Part shown: piece after piece, positions 51,141-63,304 of the stretch
How the letters are laid out: each line of letters opens with the position of its first letter
Position numbering within the stretch: the stretch's first letter is position 1
Assembly: GCF_018977255.1 (NCBI RefSeq)
Contig: NW_024704742.1
Location: forward strand, 37,140,001-37,204,000
DNA: 64,000 bases
Source: Callorhinchus milii
Taxonomy: Eukaryota
Direction: 5' to 3'
Notes under the pieces: generated by a model
What the model was told of the DNA's origin: nothing
What the model saw: only the letters and a program-made list of their open reading frames with translations
The model's database searches: none
Made by a program: the position numbers and the translations under genes

Positions 51141-51716
51141 TTTGTAGGCTAGATAATAATTCATTGTGTCTTATTTTGATTACTTTTCTACTTCAATTAA
51201 TAAAAATGTGTGGGAACTGAAAAGATTGAAGTCCAAAAGTAAAAAGAAAATAAACACCTCTTCAACTCCTCATTTATATCACTCATTCACATCTTGCCGA
51301 ACATAAATTGTCTCTCCCGTCTGCCTACATAGTCACTACATTTTACAAAAAACACTGTGAATCACAGAGATATTTCGATGCGATGAGGTCTGTATCAAAA
51401 GTAAGGATTATTATTGTTTGTGGACCTTTGAGTTTTCTACCTTCACATAATATTTAATTTGAGGGCTATGCATTTTCACGTAGTTGATGTACCATTTTCT
51501 AATGCAATTCAGCTGGAAGTTTTTTCTTAACTATTAGAGATTTTTTCAGAGCAATTCAATGAGGTGTGGTGCATGTCTCTTCATGCAACAGCACATTGAA
51601 TAGCTTAGAGTAATACTAGTGGAGATGTTCCTCTTAAATGTGCTCCCCATTACAGTACAGATCAATGGTTAGTGCTGAAAATATAACAGTGGGATGTTTT
51701 TCTATAAATATATAGT

Positions 51717-51985
51717 AACAATAATAATCCTTGCATTTGATATCGTGCCTTATCGCATCTTCGAGACCTCCCAAAGCACTTCACAGCATATACTGTAAAG
51801 TGTAGTGACTGTGTTTTGTGGGCGAATTGCAGAAGCCAATTGCGCACATCAGTGTCCCACAAACAGTCGTGGATTAGGTGACCAAATTATTATTATTTTT
51901 TGGAGGGTTTATTGCCCCTGGAAAGCAATCTGCCAATCGACTAACAAGTGGGTTCCTACTTACTAGTTAGATTAACTGAGTCTTG
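51717..51985 (-). mobile_element. Older long-bodied subfamily of the tRNA(Ala) SINE
   Basis: SINE tail and body followed by an extra segment shared with the 59902-60220 copy. Confidence 0.8.
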
Positions 51986-53629
51986 AAGCAAAGCACCTAG
52001 CTCAGCCCCATTGGATTCCAAATGTAGTAAACATTTGGTTAAGTAGGCACAACGAAGGGGGTTATCTTGCTGTTCTCTCCTGCTTTTACATTTGTGTGTG
52101 TATGTGTCTGTGTGTGTGCTGAATGAGTGTATGTGAGTATGTCTCTGTCACTGTGTGTCTGAATGAGTGAGTGAGTGTTGTTGTTGTACATAATTGTACA
52201 ATTAACTGGAGTGCAGAGAGGGTGCCTCACAGAGCTTAGGTCCAGTGCCTTGGGACGTTCTCCAACGTGAAAGGTGCTTTACAAATATATTTTTTGTTGT
52301 TGTTCTCCCCCCCTCTTGCACATGACATCACTCCACTTGCTGCTTGGAACGTCTGACCACAGAGATTCAATATAAACAAAGATAGACACAAAAGCTTTAA
52401 AAAATTAAATATAGGACCAGGTGAGTGGTCAAGAGAAAATTAAACGTTTCTGCGGACTAAGTAGTGTAAAAGAAAGATTTTATAGTGCATTATCATGGTG
52501 AAACATTGCAAAGCTTCACATGTAATCAGTCTTAAGTAAAGTGAACAAAGTGTGTTAATCGATTTTGTTAACCTCCTACTGTTCCCTGAATCAATGATTT
52601 ATATTGTAAGGTGTTTCTATTGAAAGACTAATTCGAATCATGTGACGGATTAAAATTCCAGGCATTACTGTTTTATACCCACAGCTTAGCATTTGGTTGC
52701 AAAATAATTGGGATGGAGAGAGGTGCCTCACAGTGCTTAGGTTAAAGGAGTGTTGGCATTACTCTAGCACCCAGACTGCCGGCTGTGAGCTCATTACAAA
52801 CACTAATCCACGGTCTGCAGACCAAACCTTTCTATTCAGCCACGTAGGCATTGAATAGGAATGGTAGCTTAACATAAGAATGCAATGACTGAAAAAGAGC
52901 CATTCAGCTCATTGAGCTTACTATTTCCACAGACAGTGCAAAATCAACCTGGATGTCAATCCATTCACTCCAGAGAAAATATTGTATGCCCTCAGCCCTC
53001 AAGGTAATTGAGCAGAACTCTGGAACATTCAATTTACTCCACAACTCCACTATTCATTCCCAGTCTCCCATCCACAGCCAAGCCCCTGTCCACCACCCCC
53101 CCCCCCCCCCCCATCCCAGCTCCATCATCGCAGAAACAGACCATGTACTCTGTGGAGTTTGTTTATTTCAGTATAGATCTATCCTTATATCCTTCATTGT
53201 TATTCTCACGCAGGTGTCCAGATATTTTTGTAGGAGTTAGTCGAGGCAACATCAACTGTTTTTGTTGGGGATTTGTTCCACAAATCCTTACTCTCTGGGG
53301 GAGGGGGAGATTTTGAAAAAAGTTTCATGTGAAATATTTAAATATTAATAATCTTATAATAATAATTACATTTGATCTTGTGCGTTTCACATCAAGAGGA
53401 TGTATAAAAGCACTTCAAAGGCTATATTGTGAAGTGTAGTGACTATATTTTTAGACAAGAGTTTATTCCCTCTAATTCTGTTCTTGTGGATTATGATCAG
53501 TACATTTGTCTCCATATTCAAAAAGACTAGGAAGTTATTATATTATATTTCAAGTAGCTCCAGCCCTTGTGAAGAGCTTTGAAACCTGTCAATGTGATAT
53601 ATCACGTCCAGATATTATCCACACATAAT

Positions 53630-54098
53630 CCACACATTATCACATCTAGGCTTGACTATGCCAACTCTCTGCTGAATTCTTCCATTCACAAGAACTCTGC
53701 AGCTCGTGTCCTCTCATGCACATGGCTCCACAAGCCTATCATCCACATCCTTGTCTACTCTACTGACTCCCCATCCCTTAGAGGATCGAGTTCAGCATCC
53801 TTGTCCTCACTTTTAAAGCTCCCAACCTCTATGATGTTCTAAAATCCAACAAATCCACCTGCCCCCTCTGCTCAGTAGGCACTTTTCTGCTTCACGTCCC
53901 AACCCTGCCCATCGGAGTCAGCCTTTCTGGCCCATTATCTGGAATTCCTTGTGGAGCTCCTTCACCTCGCCCCTTCACTCAATTCCTTCAAGGCCCATTT
54001 CAAGTAATCTTCCCCCCTCTGCTCCTGAAATCAAACTCAGGTACAAAGCCTTGCCTTGGGACCTCCGATGAGGTGAAAGGCGCTATATAAATGCAATG
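53630..54098 (+). mobile_element. L2-clade LINE 3' fragment, degraded
   Basis: IITSRLDYANSLL...KNSAARVLS (ORF 53579..53842); tail gtgaaaggcgctatataaatgcaa. Confidence 0.8.
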
Positions 54099-55259
54099 TA
54101 AGAATTACTACAATATTTAGCTAAGGATGTTAAGATTCAAGCTGTGTCCATTTGTGGCACTTGCTTTCACTGTGCCAGAGAAATGACAACTTTGAATTAT
54201 ATCCACTGAAAGTTTGCCACTACAGATTTCAACATGGAATATGCTTTTACTGGATTCACCTTACAGGAGATATACCAACTTTGCTATATTAGGTTAAAAT
54301 ACCATATTGCCATGTGAGTGAGGTGTTTTCCCAGTGCTCTGGTTTCAGATGAAACTTTAAAAGTCCCATTACACATCCACTGGGACACAGACTGATTACC
54401 CACAATGGCAATTTGGACTTTTGGAGGAAGCAGGTGGCTTAGCACATAGCTCATTTCTCTCAGCTGCCTCAATACAAATCTACTTTTGGATTGGGGAAAG
54501 AGTGTGTTGGGGAGTTAAACATATACTGGCCAGTAATGTTATTGCAGTTCTTGCCCATTATGCTGTTACACCGGAACTGGGACAATTTGATTGTTCAGTC
54601 AGACCTTTGCTTTTGAAGATGAATGTCCCAGTGTTGTTCAGGTGTAAATCTGCAATAAGTTTATGATGCAACAAAAATATCCTTGCTCCGAAACAGTCAA
54701 ACATAGCTTTAGAGTACATAGCTTTAGAGGTGCAAAGGGCAATTTCAGGACAGACACAATGAAGTTTTTCTTCACTCAAAGGATAATTAACAACTGAACG
54801 GGTTGTAAGGACAGTAGGTTGAGGCTAAGGCACTATTTAAAAAACAGCTTGATGTTTGATGGGAATACGATAGAGCTCTTCTCGAAGGATAAGATCAGAT
54901 GGGCCGAAGGGCCTTCTTCATCCAACCAAATATTGGATTAATCTTAAAGTAGATTGAAATAGATATAAATATGGTTCTTGTGATATGTTTATTAGTGTCT
55001 GCTGTTTACTTTTGTGCTGACATGAATTCCCCCAGGAATTAGTTTTACTGGCACAGCTGTAAACAAACTTAAAATACTTGACCTATGATATATCAGTTAT
55101 TAAACTAACGGCCGCAAAGACACAAATGTGGATTTATTTAGAATTTTCCTTCCATCCTCCTACCTTAATTCCAGAGTGGCTGGTGGTGAACACTATCCTA
55201 GAGAGAAATAAATCCTTCGTGTCATCCTAGAGCATTTGATACGACTTTCTCCTCTAAGT

Positions 55260-55640
55260 AAGCAGGATGCGAGTTCAAGCCATGTATTGACACTTTGAAT
55301 TTATGTAGTCTAGGCTGATACTCCAATACAGTGCTGCAGGAGTGCTGCATTGTTGGAGGTGCCTTAATTAGATGGGTTAGATGTTAAAACCAAGGTCCCA
55401 CTTGCCTGGTGAGGTGGGCATTTTCGATCACTTTGCACGATTCAAAAAGAGAAGGGAGTTTCTCCCGGTGTCCTGGCCAACAAATCCCCCAGATAAAATT
55501 GGTCATTCTAGCTCCGTCAGTGGACCTTTGCTGTGTACGAATTGGTTGTTCCATTCACCTACAAAATACACAGTATAGCCTATGAATAGCTTTGAGATGT
55601 CCACCCAATGCAAACAGCATTATATCAAATGTAAGCATTA
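55260..55640 (+). mobile_element. Old Deu-domain SINE
   Basis: gagttcaagcc head; gtgctgcattgttggaggtgcc...gggagtttctcccggtgtcctggccaac; lies tail-to-tail with the next SINE. Confidence 0.75.
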
Positions 55641-55645
55641 TTTAT

Positions 55646-55971
55646 ATAATAATAATAATAATAATCCTTGCATTTGATATAGCGCTTTTCATGTCAGGAG
55701 GACATCCCAAAGCGCTTCACAGAACACACTGTAAAGTGAATTGACTGTATATTTGTGGGCGAACGCGGCAGCCAATTGCGCACAGCAATGTCCCACAAAC
55801 AGTCATAGATTGAAAATGACCAATTTATTATTGTTTTTTGGGTTTTTGGAGGGATTATTATTAGGCGTGTGGAGTAAGGAAACTTGCCCAAGGTTTCGCC
55901 CTGCCTGGAATTGAACTCAGGTCTCTCACTTGCAAAGCGAGTGCTCTAACCACTGAGCTACAGGACTCCAC
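55646..55971 (-). mobile_element. Full-length young SINE
   Basis: Reverse complement of the 4175 element. Confidence 0.93.
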
Positions 55972-56106
55972 GTCCTGTATTTTTTATTTAAATATTTAAT
56001 TAATATTTAGAGCGAATTTTGCATTTCTGTATATTAAAGTGTTACTGAGGTGGCTGTTCTTTCTGCTATTTTCTGTTAACAAATACTCTAACCTCTTTGA
56101 GCATTT

Positions 56107-56290
56107 TAATAATAAACCTTGCATTTGATGTAGTACCTTATCACATCTTCGAGAAGTCTCAAAGCGCTTCACAGAATATACTGTAAAGTGAAATGACTAT
56201 ATTTTGTGGGTAAAATGAGGCGGCCAATTGCGCAGAGCAGTATCCCACAAACAGTCGTGGATTGCGTGACCAATTTATTATTGTTATTTT
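56107..56290 (-). mobile_element. SINE 3' half, older copy
   Basis: aataataaaccttgcatttgat...gccaattgcgca...gaccaatttattattg. Confidence 0.85.
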
Positions 56291-56749
56291 GCCTGGCCAC
56301 TTAACTAATTTTTCAATAAATTGCAGAAGAATCACAAGGCAGTTTAATGTGCTTGTCTGAAAGTTGCACAGTGCCACATTTCACGGTCCGTTTACCTCAG
56401 GATACTGGAAAGGACCAGAAACAAAGCAGTACTTGCAGCAGAAATGGTAAGATGTTTAGTTTGCACTTAGTAAGGATTAATTTACAAGTCTGCAAAGTTT
56501 TTTTTATAGAAATAAGTGTTAAAGGTAATTAGAAACCTATCAAGTGTTCTGCTTTATATCATCTGAAGCCCTGAATTTAATTAAGTCTTGTGAATCACCC
56601 TCTGTTTTATTCTATATATGTTTCAGTTTAAAGTAAGTGCTCATTTTACCTCACCACCCCCAGTGTTTTCTTCTGTGAGGGAGGTCCTAAATACAGTAGC
56701 TAGTTTCATTAACAGTTAATTCTGAAATCTGCAAAAATAGTGAACTATC

Positions 56750-57080
56750 AATAATAATAATAATAATAATAATCCTTGCATTTGATATAGCGCTTTTCAC
56801 GTCGGGAGGACATCCCAAAGCGCTTCACAGAATAGACTGTAAAGTGAATTGACTGTATATTTGTGGGCAAACGCGGCAGCCAATTGCGCACAGCAATGTC
56901 CCACAAACAGTCGTAGATTGAAAATGACCAATTTATTATTGTTTTTTTTGTTTTTTGGAGGGATTATTATTAGGCGTGTGGAGTAAGGAAACTTGCCCAA
57001 GGTTTCGCCTTGCCTGGAATTGAACACAGGTCTCTCACTTGCAAAGCGAGTGCTCTAACCACTGAGCTACAGGACTCCAC
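56750..57080 (-). mobile_element. Full-length young SINE
   Basis: Reverse complement of the 4175 element. Confidence 0.93.
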
Positions 57081-58027
57081 AAAGTGTACAAAGTAGATGG
57101 AGTATTTGAAGGCATACCCCATTAGCAGGATGCAGACCAGTCTATGCCTGCAGAGACGTTTGACTGTGTAACTGTTGTGAAAATCTTTTTGCCAAAATGT
57201 TTCCTAATTTCTTGCAAGATTTGATCCCCAAGCCCAATCAGGAACCACTTAAAGATTGAAGGAGGATTAAGTGATGTGTTGCCAGACAGGTTGTGATCGA
57301 GCAGTATTTCAGTTTAATTCACTGGTATATTGGAAGTGGTATAGGGATAGAGTAGTGTAATTGGGGGAAATCATGTTCTGTAGCTAAAAGATGAGTTATC
57401 CATTGATGAAATAGTCAGGATGAGCATTGGGAGTCATTGGAGTGGGAGTGGGTTTCATTTGAAGGTGAATTTAACATGAAAAGGCCATTCAGCCTGTTGA
57501 ATCTGCTCACAGTTTTTTAAGATCATCACGGATCCTTTAATGCCTTTCCCTGCTGTTTCTGTATATTTTGACAACTTTTTACAGTATTTCTGTTAAACAT
57601 TCCAATTTAACATGGGATACCAATGAGAACAGAGGGGAATGAGAATAACCCATCCATAACGTAGGTGAAAAATATTCAGTGCCAAAGTGAATGTTCCCCC
57701 TTTTCCCGGTGTTAATGTATATACTCCTGGATGAAAGTTTCATGTATATTGTACAAAAGTGCGTGTGTGATAGATATTGAGATAAAGTTCCTCTTAATAG
57801 GAAGAGAAATTACCAGGGTCATGTTCAAATATAGATGCATATGGTGGTTTCTCCTCTCCTCGTACCACACCCATCAATTTAGATAATGCCTTTCTGAAAT
57901 ATAATTCATTGCTAATCCATCTATTCCCTCATTTACGTATTCTATCCTTGTTCGTAGCTGTATAATTATCTTTGAATTCAAAGTGCTATTTTACTGACAG
58001 TAGTTTAAAAGTTGTTGCATTATAAAT

Positions 58028-58310
58028 GACTTGGCTGATCTCAGCCTGTGTTGCAATCGGGCTAAAAGCATCTGAGTTAAGTGGGTGGAAATCAAACAAG
58101 GTTCCCAATTTTCATGACTATCTATTGAGCCCTTTTGAATAATTACTTTTGAGTAGGTGTTGAGACAAGGACAGGTTCAGGCTCAGCTGTGATACACCCC
58201 TGGCTACTGTCTGGGTTGACATGAAAATGGCTGGGTGAGGCACCAGAGGACTACTGATCCCTATGGAACTGTAGCTCACTGTTAGCCTTCAACAGAGAAA
58301 GGGAGAACAT
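58028..58310 (+). mobile_element. Ancient SINE (AmnSINE2-like from memory), degraded
   Basis: gctgatctcagcc, aggacaggttcaggctcagctgtgat and tgaggcaccagagg motifs, shared with 34766-35330. Confidence 0.55.
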
Positions 58311-58899
58311 TATGGGGCACCATTACTGGGATCTTATTTGGTATTGATGTTCCCAAAATCCTGGGATTGCAACCCCTACTCATGAAAGGTGTACTGAACC
58401 AATGAGAGGAAGACCTTTCTTAAATGATTATTTTCCTCAGGATCTTTGATGGATTCTTTACCTACTCCCATCCTCATGATATTGTTACATTTAATAAATT
58501 TGAGATAACTAAAGCATTGACTATCGCAGCATATGCAGGATACAAACATAAGGACTCAGTTGCCAAGGTCAGACTGTTGCAAACAGTGGCAAGAAAATGG
58601 CAAGGCAGATTACATCTCCATTGAGATGAATAGGACTCCGTTTTTCAGAATGGTTATTTTCTATGAAATGATGTAATATCTTTATAAGAAGTTTTGCTAG
58701 AAATATGAGGCGTTTGACTATAAGGAGCCAGTTATAGTCCTTATTTCTCTTTCCCTTGCTTCAATGCCAAGCACTTGCTCCAAGACCATTTCCAGTCCTG
58801 CTATGTAATTGGTAGGGAGTTATTATTGTGAGTGATGGTCCCATACACCTTGTTACATATGCGCCTAGCTTTTGCTAAGTTCAACCTGTATTGTGAAGT

Positions 58900-59322
58900 A
58901 GCCCATCACTCCCATCCATGCTTGGCTCCTCTGGCTCCCTGTCCTCAAGCAGTTTGACGTTTAAGATACTTGTTCTATCACTTTACACCCTAGCCCCATT
59001 TTATCTTGCAGTCTTTTCAGGTCCCACTTTCTCTGCCCAGCAAACCATCATATTATATGTTCCCTGCCTCCTACATCCCACAGTTGACAAACAAACTTTC
59101 AGCCATTGTGTTTTCCATCCCCTACTTTCTGGAACTCTCTTCCAAAATACCTCTAACTTGAACCCTCTCAATTTTTAAACCCTTCTAAAAACCTACTGCT
59201 TTGACTACGCCTTTGGTCAACTCCCTCCTATCTCCTCCCAATTTCACACCCTGTTCAGATTTCCACTCCCATCTCTGTAAAAGTGCTTCAAAACATAATG
59301 CTACATGAAAGGTGCTATATCT
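58900..59322 (+). mobile_element. L2-clade LINE 3' fragment, degraded
   Basis: FKILVL...LAPFYL; tttaaaccccttctaaaaacctactgctttgac; tail tgaaaggtgctatat. Confidence 0.7.
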
Positions 59323-59901
59323 GTGTTTGGGGATCCACATTTAAATCTAGGTATCATGGAACCTTTAATTTCAAGTCGCAAACCTAACAAAATAAACATT
59401 TTCAAAAAAGAAAACGAAGAAGCATTCTGTGCTGTGTTGCAATATCAAAATGCAGAAACGCATCACTGAAGCATGATACTGCAAAAAGCAAAGCTCACAC
59501 ACTGAAAAGTTGAAACTGCCCCAGGAAATACAATGCATTAATTTAGTTTGATGATGGCTGAGAATGAAAGGCTTGTTTGGCATTCATTCAATTTGTATGG
59601 AAAAAAAATTGTAAAATAAATTTCAAGAGGATAATTTATTAGAACAACTGAGCCATTGTTTTGTAATGGCTCCACTGGCTTTATTATGTTCAAGTCTTCA
59701 GATCTCTCCAGGGCATATTCCACTTGCTTTGATGTAAACTTTTTTACCGTGCAGAGACTGAACTTGAGTCTTTTTTAACATGAAGAACATTTTGCAGTTC
59801 ATGCTGTTGAATTTAAAGGATGATTTTAGCATTTGAAAGATTTGCACAACTGGAAGTTTTTATGTTATTCAGCCAAAGAAACCATTGCAGCCGCCATAAG
59901 C

Positions 59902-60220
59902 ATAATAATCCTTGCATTTGATTTAGCGCCTTATCACATCTTCGAGACATCTCAAAGCATTTCACAAAATATCCTGTAAAGTGAATTGACTATATTTTGT
60001 GGGTGAAATACTGTCCACAGCAATGTCCCAAAACAGTCATGGATTAAATCACCAAATCATTTGTTTATAATCTATTTTTTTAAAGGGATTATTACCCCAG
60101 AAAAACGATCAGCCAATCAACTAATAACCGGATTTCTACTTACTACTAGATAATCAGAGGTGTGTGTAGTAAGGAAACTTGCCTAAGGTTTCGCACTGCC
60201 CGGACATCAAACCCAGTCCT
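59902..60220 (-). mobile_element. Older long-bodied subfamily of the tRNA(Ala) SINE
   Basis: SINE tail, body and gtaaggaaacttgcctaaggtttcgc head-proximal part, with an extra ~65-bp internal segment. Confidence 0.82.
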
Positions 60221-61848
60221 CTATTAGCAATAATTGGCTTATAAATAAAACCCTATGAGATTATAGATGATAATGTTGCACCCTATTAATGCCAGCATTT
60301 TTTCATTCTTCTGTTCACTATTCATGAAACTTTGTAAAATAAATTCACATTTGTTCTCAATTTATTAATTAGATATGACCTCAGCTACAGTGTTTATTGT
60401 GATTGCTGCTATCTTGGATAAGCTCCAGATTCAGAAAATCCATTATCTGTATGGCCTCTGATTGTTGGCAGGGAGTTGCAATGTTAACAATGTATACCTC
60501 TGTGTCCCTTCTATTCCTTGTTGGCACAGTTTCTATTTTTAGAGTGCCCCCTCTGGTAATTATGTAGAACATGGAAGTCAAGAGAATACATTCCAGACTG
60601 AAGCACAACGATGAATACATTCAGTGCAATTAAAAATGGGAAATTCCACTTTTATTAACCATTTCCTAAATGTTCCCATTCCTGCTTTTCTGGTGTGACT
60701 GTCTTGGATTATGTTCATTATGCATCAAATTTCTCTCTTTATAATCTCTTTATCTGCTGTAATTGGAACTGTAAATTCAGAGAACTAAATCAAGAACCAG
60801 CTGCTTGAACTGCCAAATTTTTCTTCTAACTGGTTGTAAGTGATTTAATATAGTATTTGTGACTGTCAAATCAATTTCGTATCATGTCTGTTCATATTCT
60901 GCTGATAATTTCCAGTTGGACTGTGTTTAAATGTCCTAAACAGATATTGTACTTGTTGAGCAGTTTTGTAGACTGTATCCTTGCTTTGAGTTCCTCCCTA
61001 TTGGTAGCTTTCAACCAAGAAATAACGAAAATATGCTTCACCAGTTAACTGCTTCACTACTTATACATAAGTAAACTGTAATGACTTGACAGGAGATGAC
61101 ATTATTTTGTAAGGGCAAATAACTCAATGACAGAATATAAATTCAAAAAATCTGAAAACCGAAAAGCAGAATTTTTAAAAAATGCAATTGCTATAAAACG
61201 TGGATTACAATATGATTTCAGGTTCTTCATTACTTTTAATCTGTTCATAGTGTCCTCGGAATCTCCTTGACTGGAGATTTGTAACATTTAATATTAACAG
61301 AAACATATGTTTCAACCTGACAGAAAATTTAATTTAGTTAATACTAAGCCGTGCACATTTACGTAATTTCAGTGCTGCTGCTTGTGGTTCTCACACAAAG
61401 GAAACTTGCAGGTTTTTTTTAATTGGAACCATACTTTGATTACTGTAAGATAAGCTCACCTGGGTTTTGGCCTCCACTATGGGTCTGAGTCCAACCGGTT
61501 AGCTGGGAAACCCAACACGCATGGAAACCCATCACCATGCTTAAGAGTCTCCAAATTAATGAGAGTCACACATCTGTGTGGCATATAATGAGTTTAGATC
61601 ACAGTGCTGCCCCACTATAGCACGCTCCACTATAGCGTGAAATTGCTTATAACCCTGGGCTAATAGAAAAGAGCGGCCGCACTTTTTCTGCGGAATCCCC
61701 CACAAACCCCCTATAAATGTCGTTTCTGGCCCGTGGGCCTCCCGGCTGTTTACCCGACGTCACCGAGGGAGGGGCAGCTCCGAACTCGTACACGCAGTGC
61801 GACGCAAGCGGCAAATGGGCTTCACTCGGAGACCCGGTGTTGTGATTG

Positions 61849-62692
61849 TCTTTGTATCTGTGAGTGCGTGTCTCTCTGTCTGTGAGTGCGTGTCTCTCTA
61901 TGTCTGAGTGCGTGTCTCTGTGTCTGAGTGCGTGTCTCTCTGTGTCTGTGAGTGTGTTTCTCTGTCTGTGAGTGCGTGTCTCTATGTCTGTGAGTGTGTT
62001 TCTCTGTCTGTGAGTGCGTTTCTCTGTCTGTGAGTGCGTGTCTCTCTGTGTCTGTGAGTGTGTGTTGCTCTCTCTGTGTCTATGAGTGCGTGTCGCTCTC
62101 TCTGTGTCTGTGAGTGTGTGTGTCTCTCTGTCTGTGAGTGCGCGTCGCTCTCTCTGTGTCTGTGAGTGCGTGTCGCTCTCTCTGTGTCTATGAGTGCGTG
62201 TCGCTCTCTCTGTGTCTGTGAGTGTGTGTGTCTCTCTGTCTGTGAGTGCGCGTCGCTCTCTCTGTGTCTGTGAGTGTGTGTTGCTCTCTCTGTGTCTATG
62301 AGTGCGTGTCGCTCTCTCTGTGTCTGTGAGTGTGTGTGTCTCTCTGTCTGTGAGTGCGCGTCGCTCTCTCTGTGTCTGTGAGTGCGTGTGTCTCTCTGTG
62401 TCTGTGAGTGCGTGTCGCTCTCTGTGTCTGTGAGTGAGTGTCGCTCTCTCTGTGTCTGTGAGTGCGTGTCGCTCTCTCTGTGTCTGTGAGTGTGTGTGTC
62501 TCTCTGTGTCTGTGAGTGTGTGTGTCTCTCTGTGTCTGTGAGTGCGTGTGTCTCTCTGTGTCTGTAAGTGCGTGTCGCTCTCTCTGTGTCTGTGAGTGTG
62601 TGTGTCTCTCTGTGTCTGTGAGTGCGTGTGTCTCTCTGTGTCTGTAAGTGCGTGTCGCTCTCTCTGTGTCTGTGAGTGCGTGTCGCGCTCTC
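61849..62692. repeat. ~840-bp compound (TG)/(TC) minisatellite with ~26-30-bp higher-order units (tctgtgagtgcgtgtcgctctctctgtg)
   Basis: Direct reading; it produces the artefactual HT/QR-rich ORFs. Confidence 0.97.
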
Positions 62693-62890
62693 TGGGCCTG
62701 TGTGCGGTGCTGGGCACTGAGAGCTGGTGTGGCCCCTTCGTCCCCACCCAAAAAAAGGAAAGGCCACCCAGTTTTTGTTAAAGCAGCAATTAGTATATTT
62801 TTTGCAACCGTGTAATATGTGTTATTTCCTCTGGTTGTACTGCTGGATTCTAACCAGTTAAAACTGATTAGCTTGCCATTGAAAGCACTG

Positions 62891-63304
62891 TCTGGCAAGC
62901 TTTCCTGCTGCTTGTCCAGCTAGGACCACTCTACTTGTTAGGGCTTTGGCTTGAGTGTTAACAAGAGTTGAGTGGGAAGATTCCTTGCCCCAAGTGACTG
63001 TTTTTATTACGCCAAGTAGGGTCTTCTTGGAGCTGAACTGGCTCCAAGGCGACATGCTTGGCAACGGAATATCTGAATCGAGCCAGCCCCCTGTGGCAGT
63101 CTTAAGGGTCTTGTTCCTGAGCTAAGTGGGTCTGCAGTCTACCAGGGTACTGCTGATGACAGCACAGGCTCATCAGAAAGACTTGGAAGAGCAGACGAGT
63201 CACTGGGGACAGGGAACCATCCCACTCAACTCCTGTTAACCCTGCAGCCAAAGCCCTACTGGTGATCCAGTGGTCCAGCTCAGGTAGCAGGAAAGTTTGC
63301 CAGA
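62891..63304. repeat. Long imperfect inverted repeat (arms ~110 bp)
   Basis: 62891-62999 aligns with the reverse complement of 63198-63304 (tctggcaa.ctttcctgct, ggaccact, tagggctttggct, gttaaca.gagttgagtggga, agtgact). Confidence 0.85.

Noticed and set aside
61849..62692. CRISPR-like array
   Set aside because: Units are degenerate dinucleotide repeats without unique spacers, in a eukaryotic intron with no cas genes.
61647..62898. 200-366-aa His/Thr/Arg-rich ORFs
   Set aside because: Translations of the (TG/TC) minisatellite, open in several frames.
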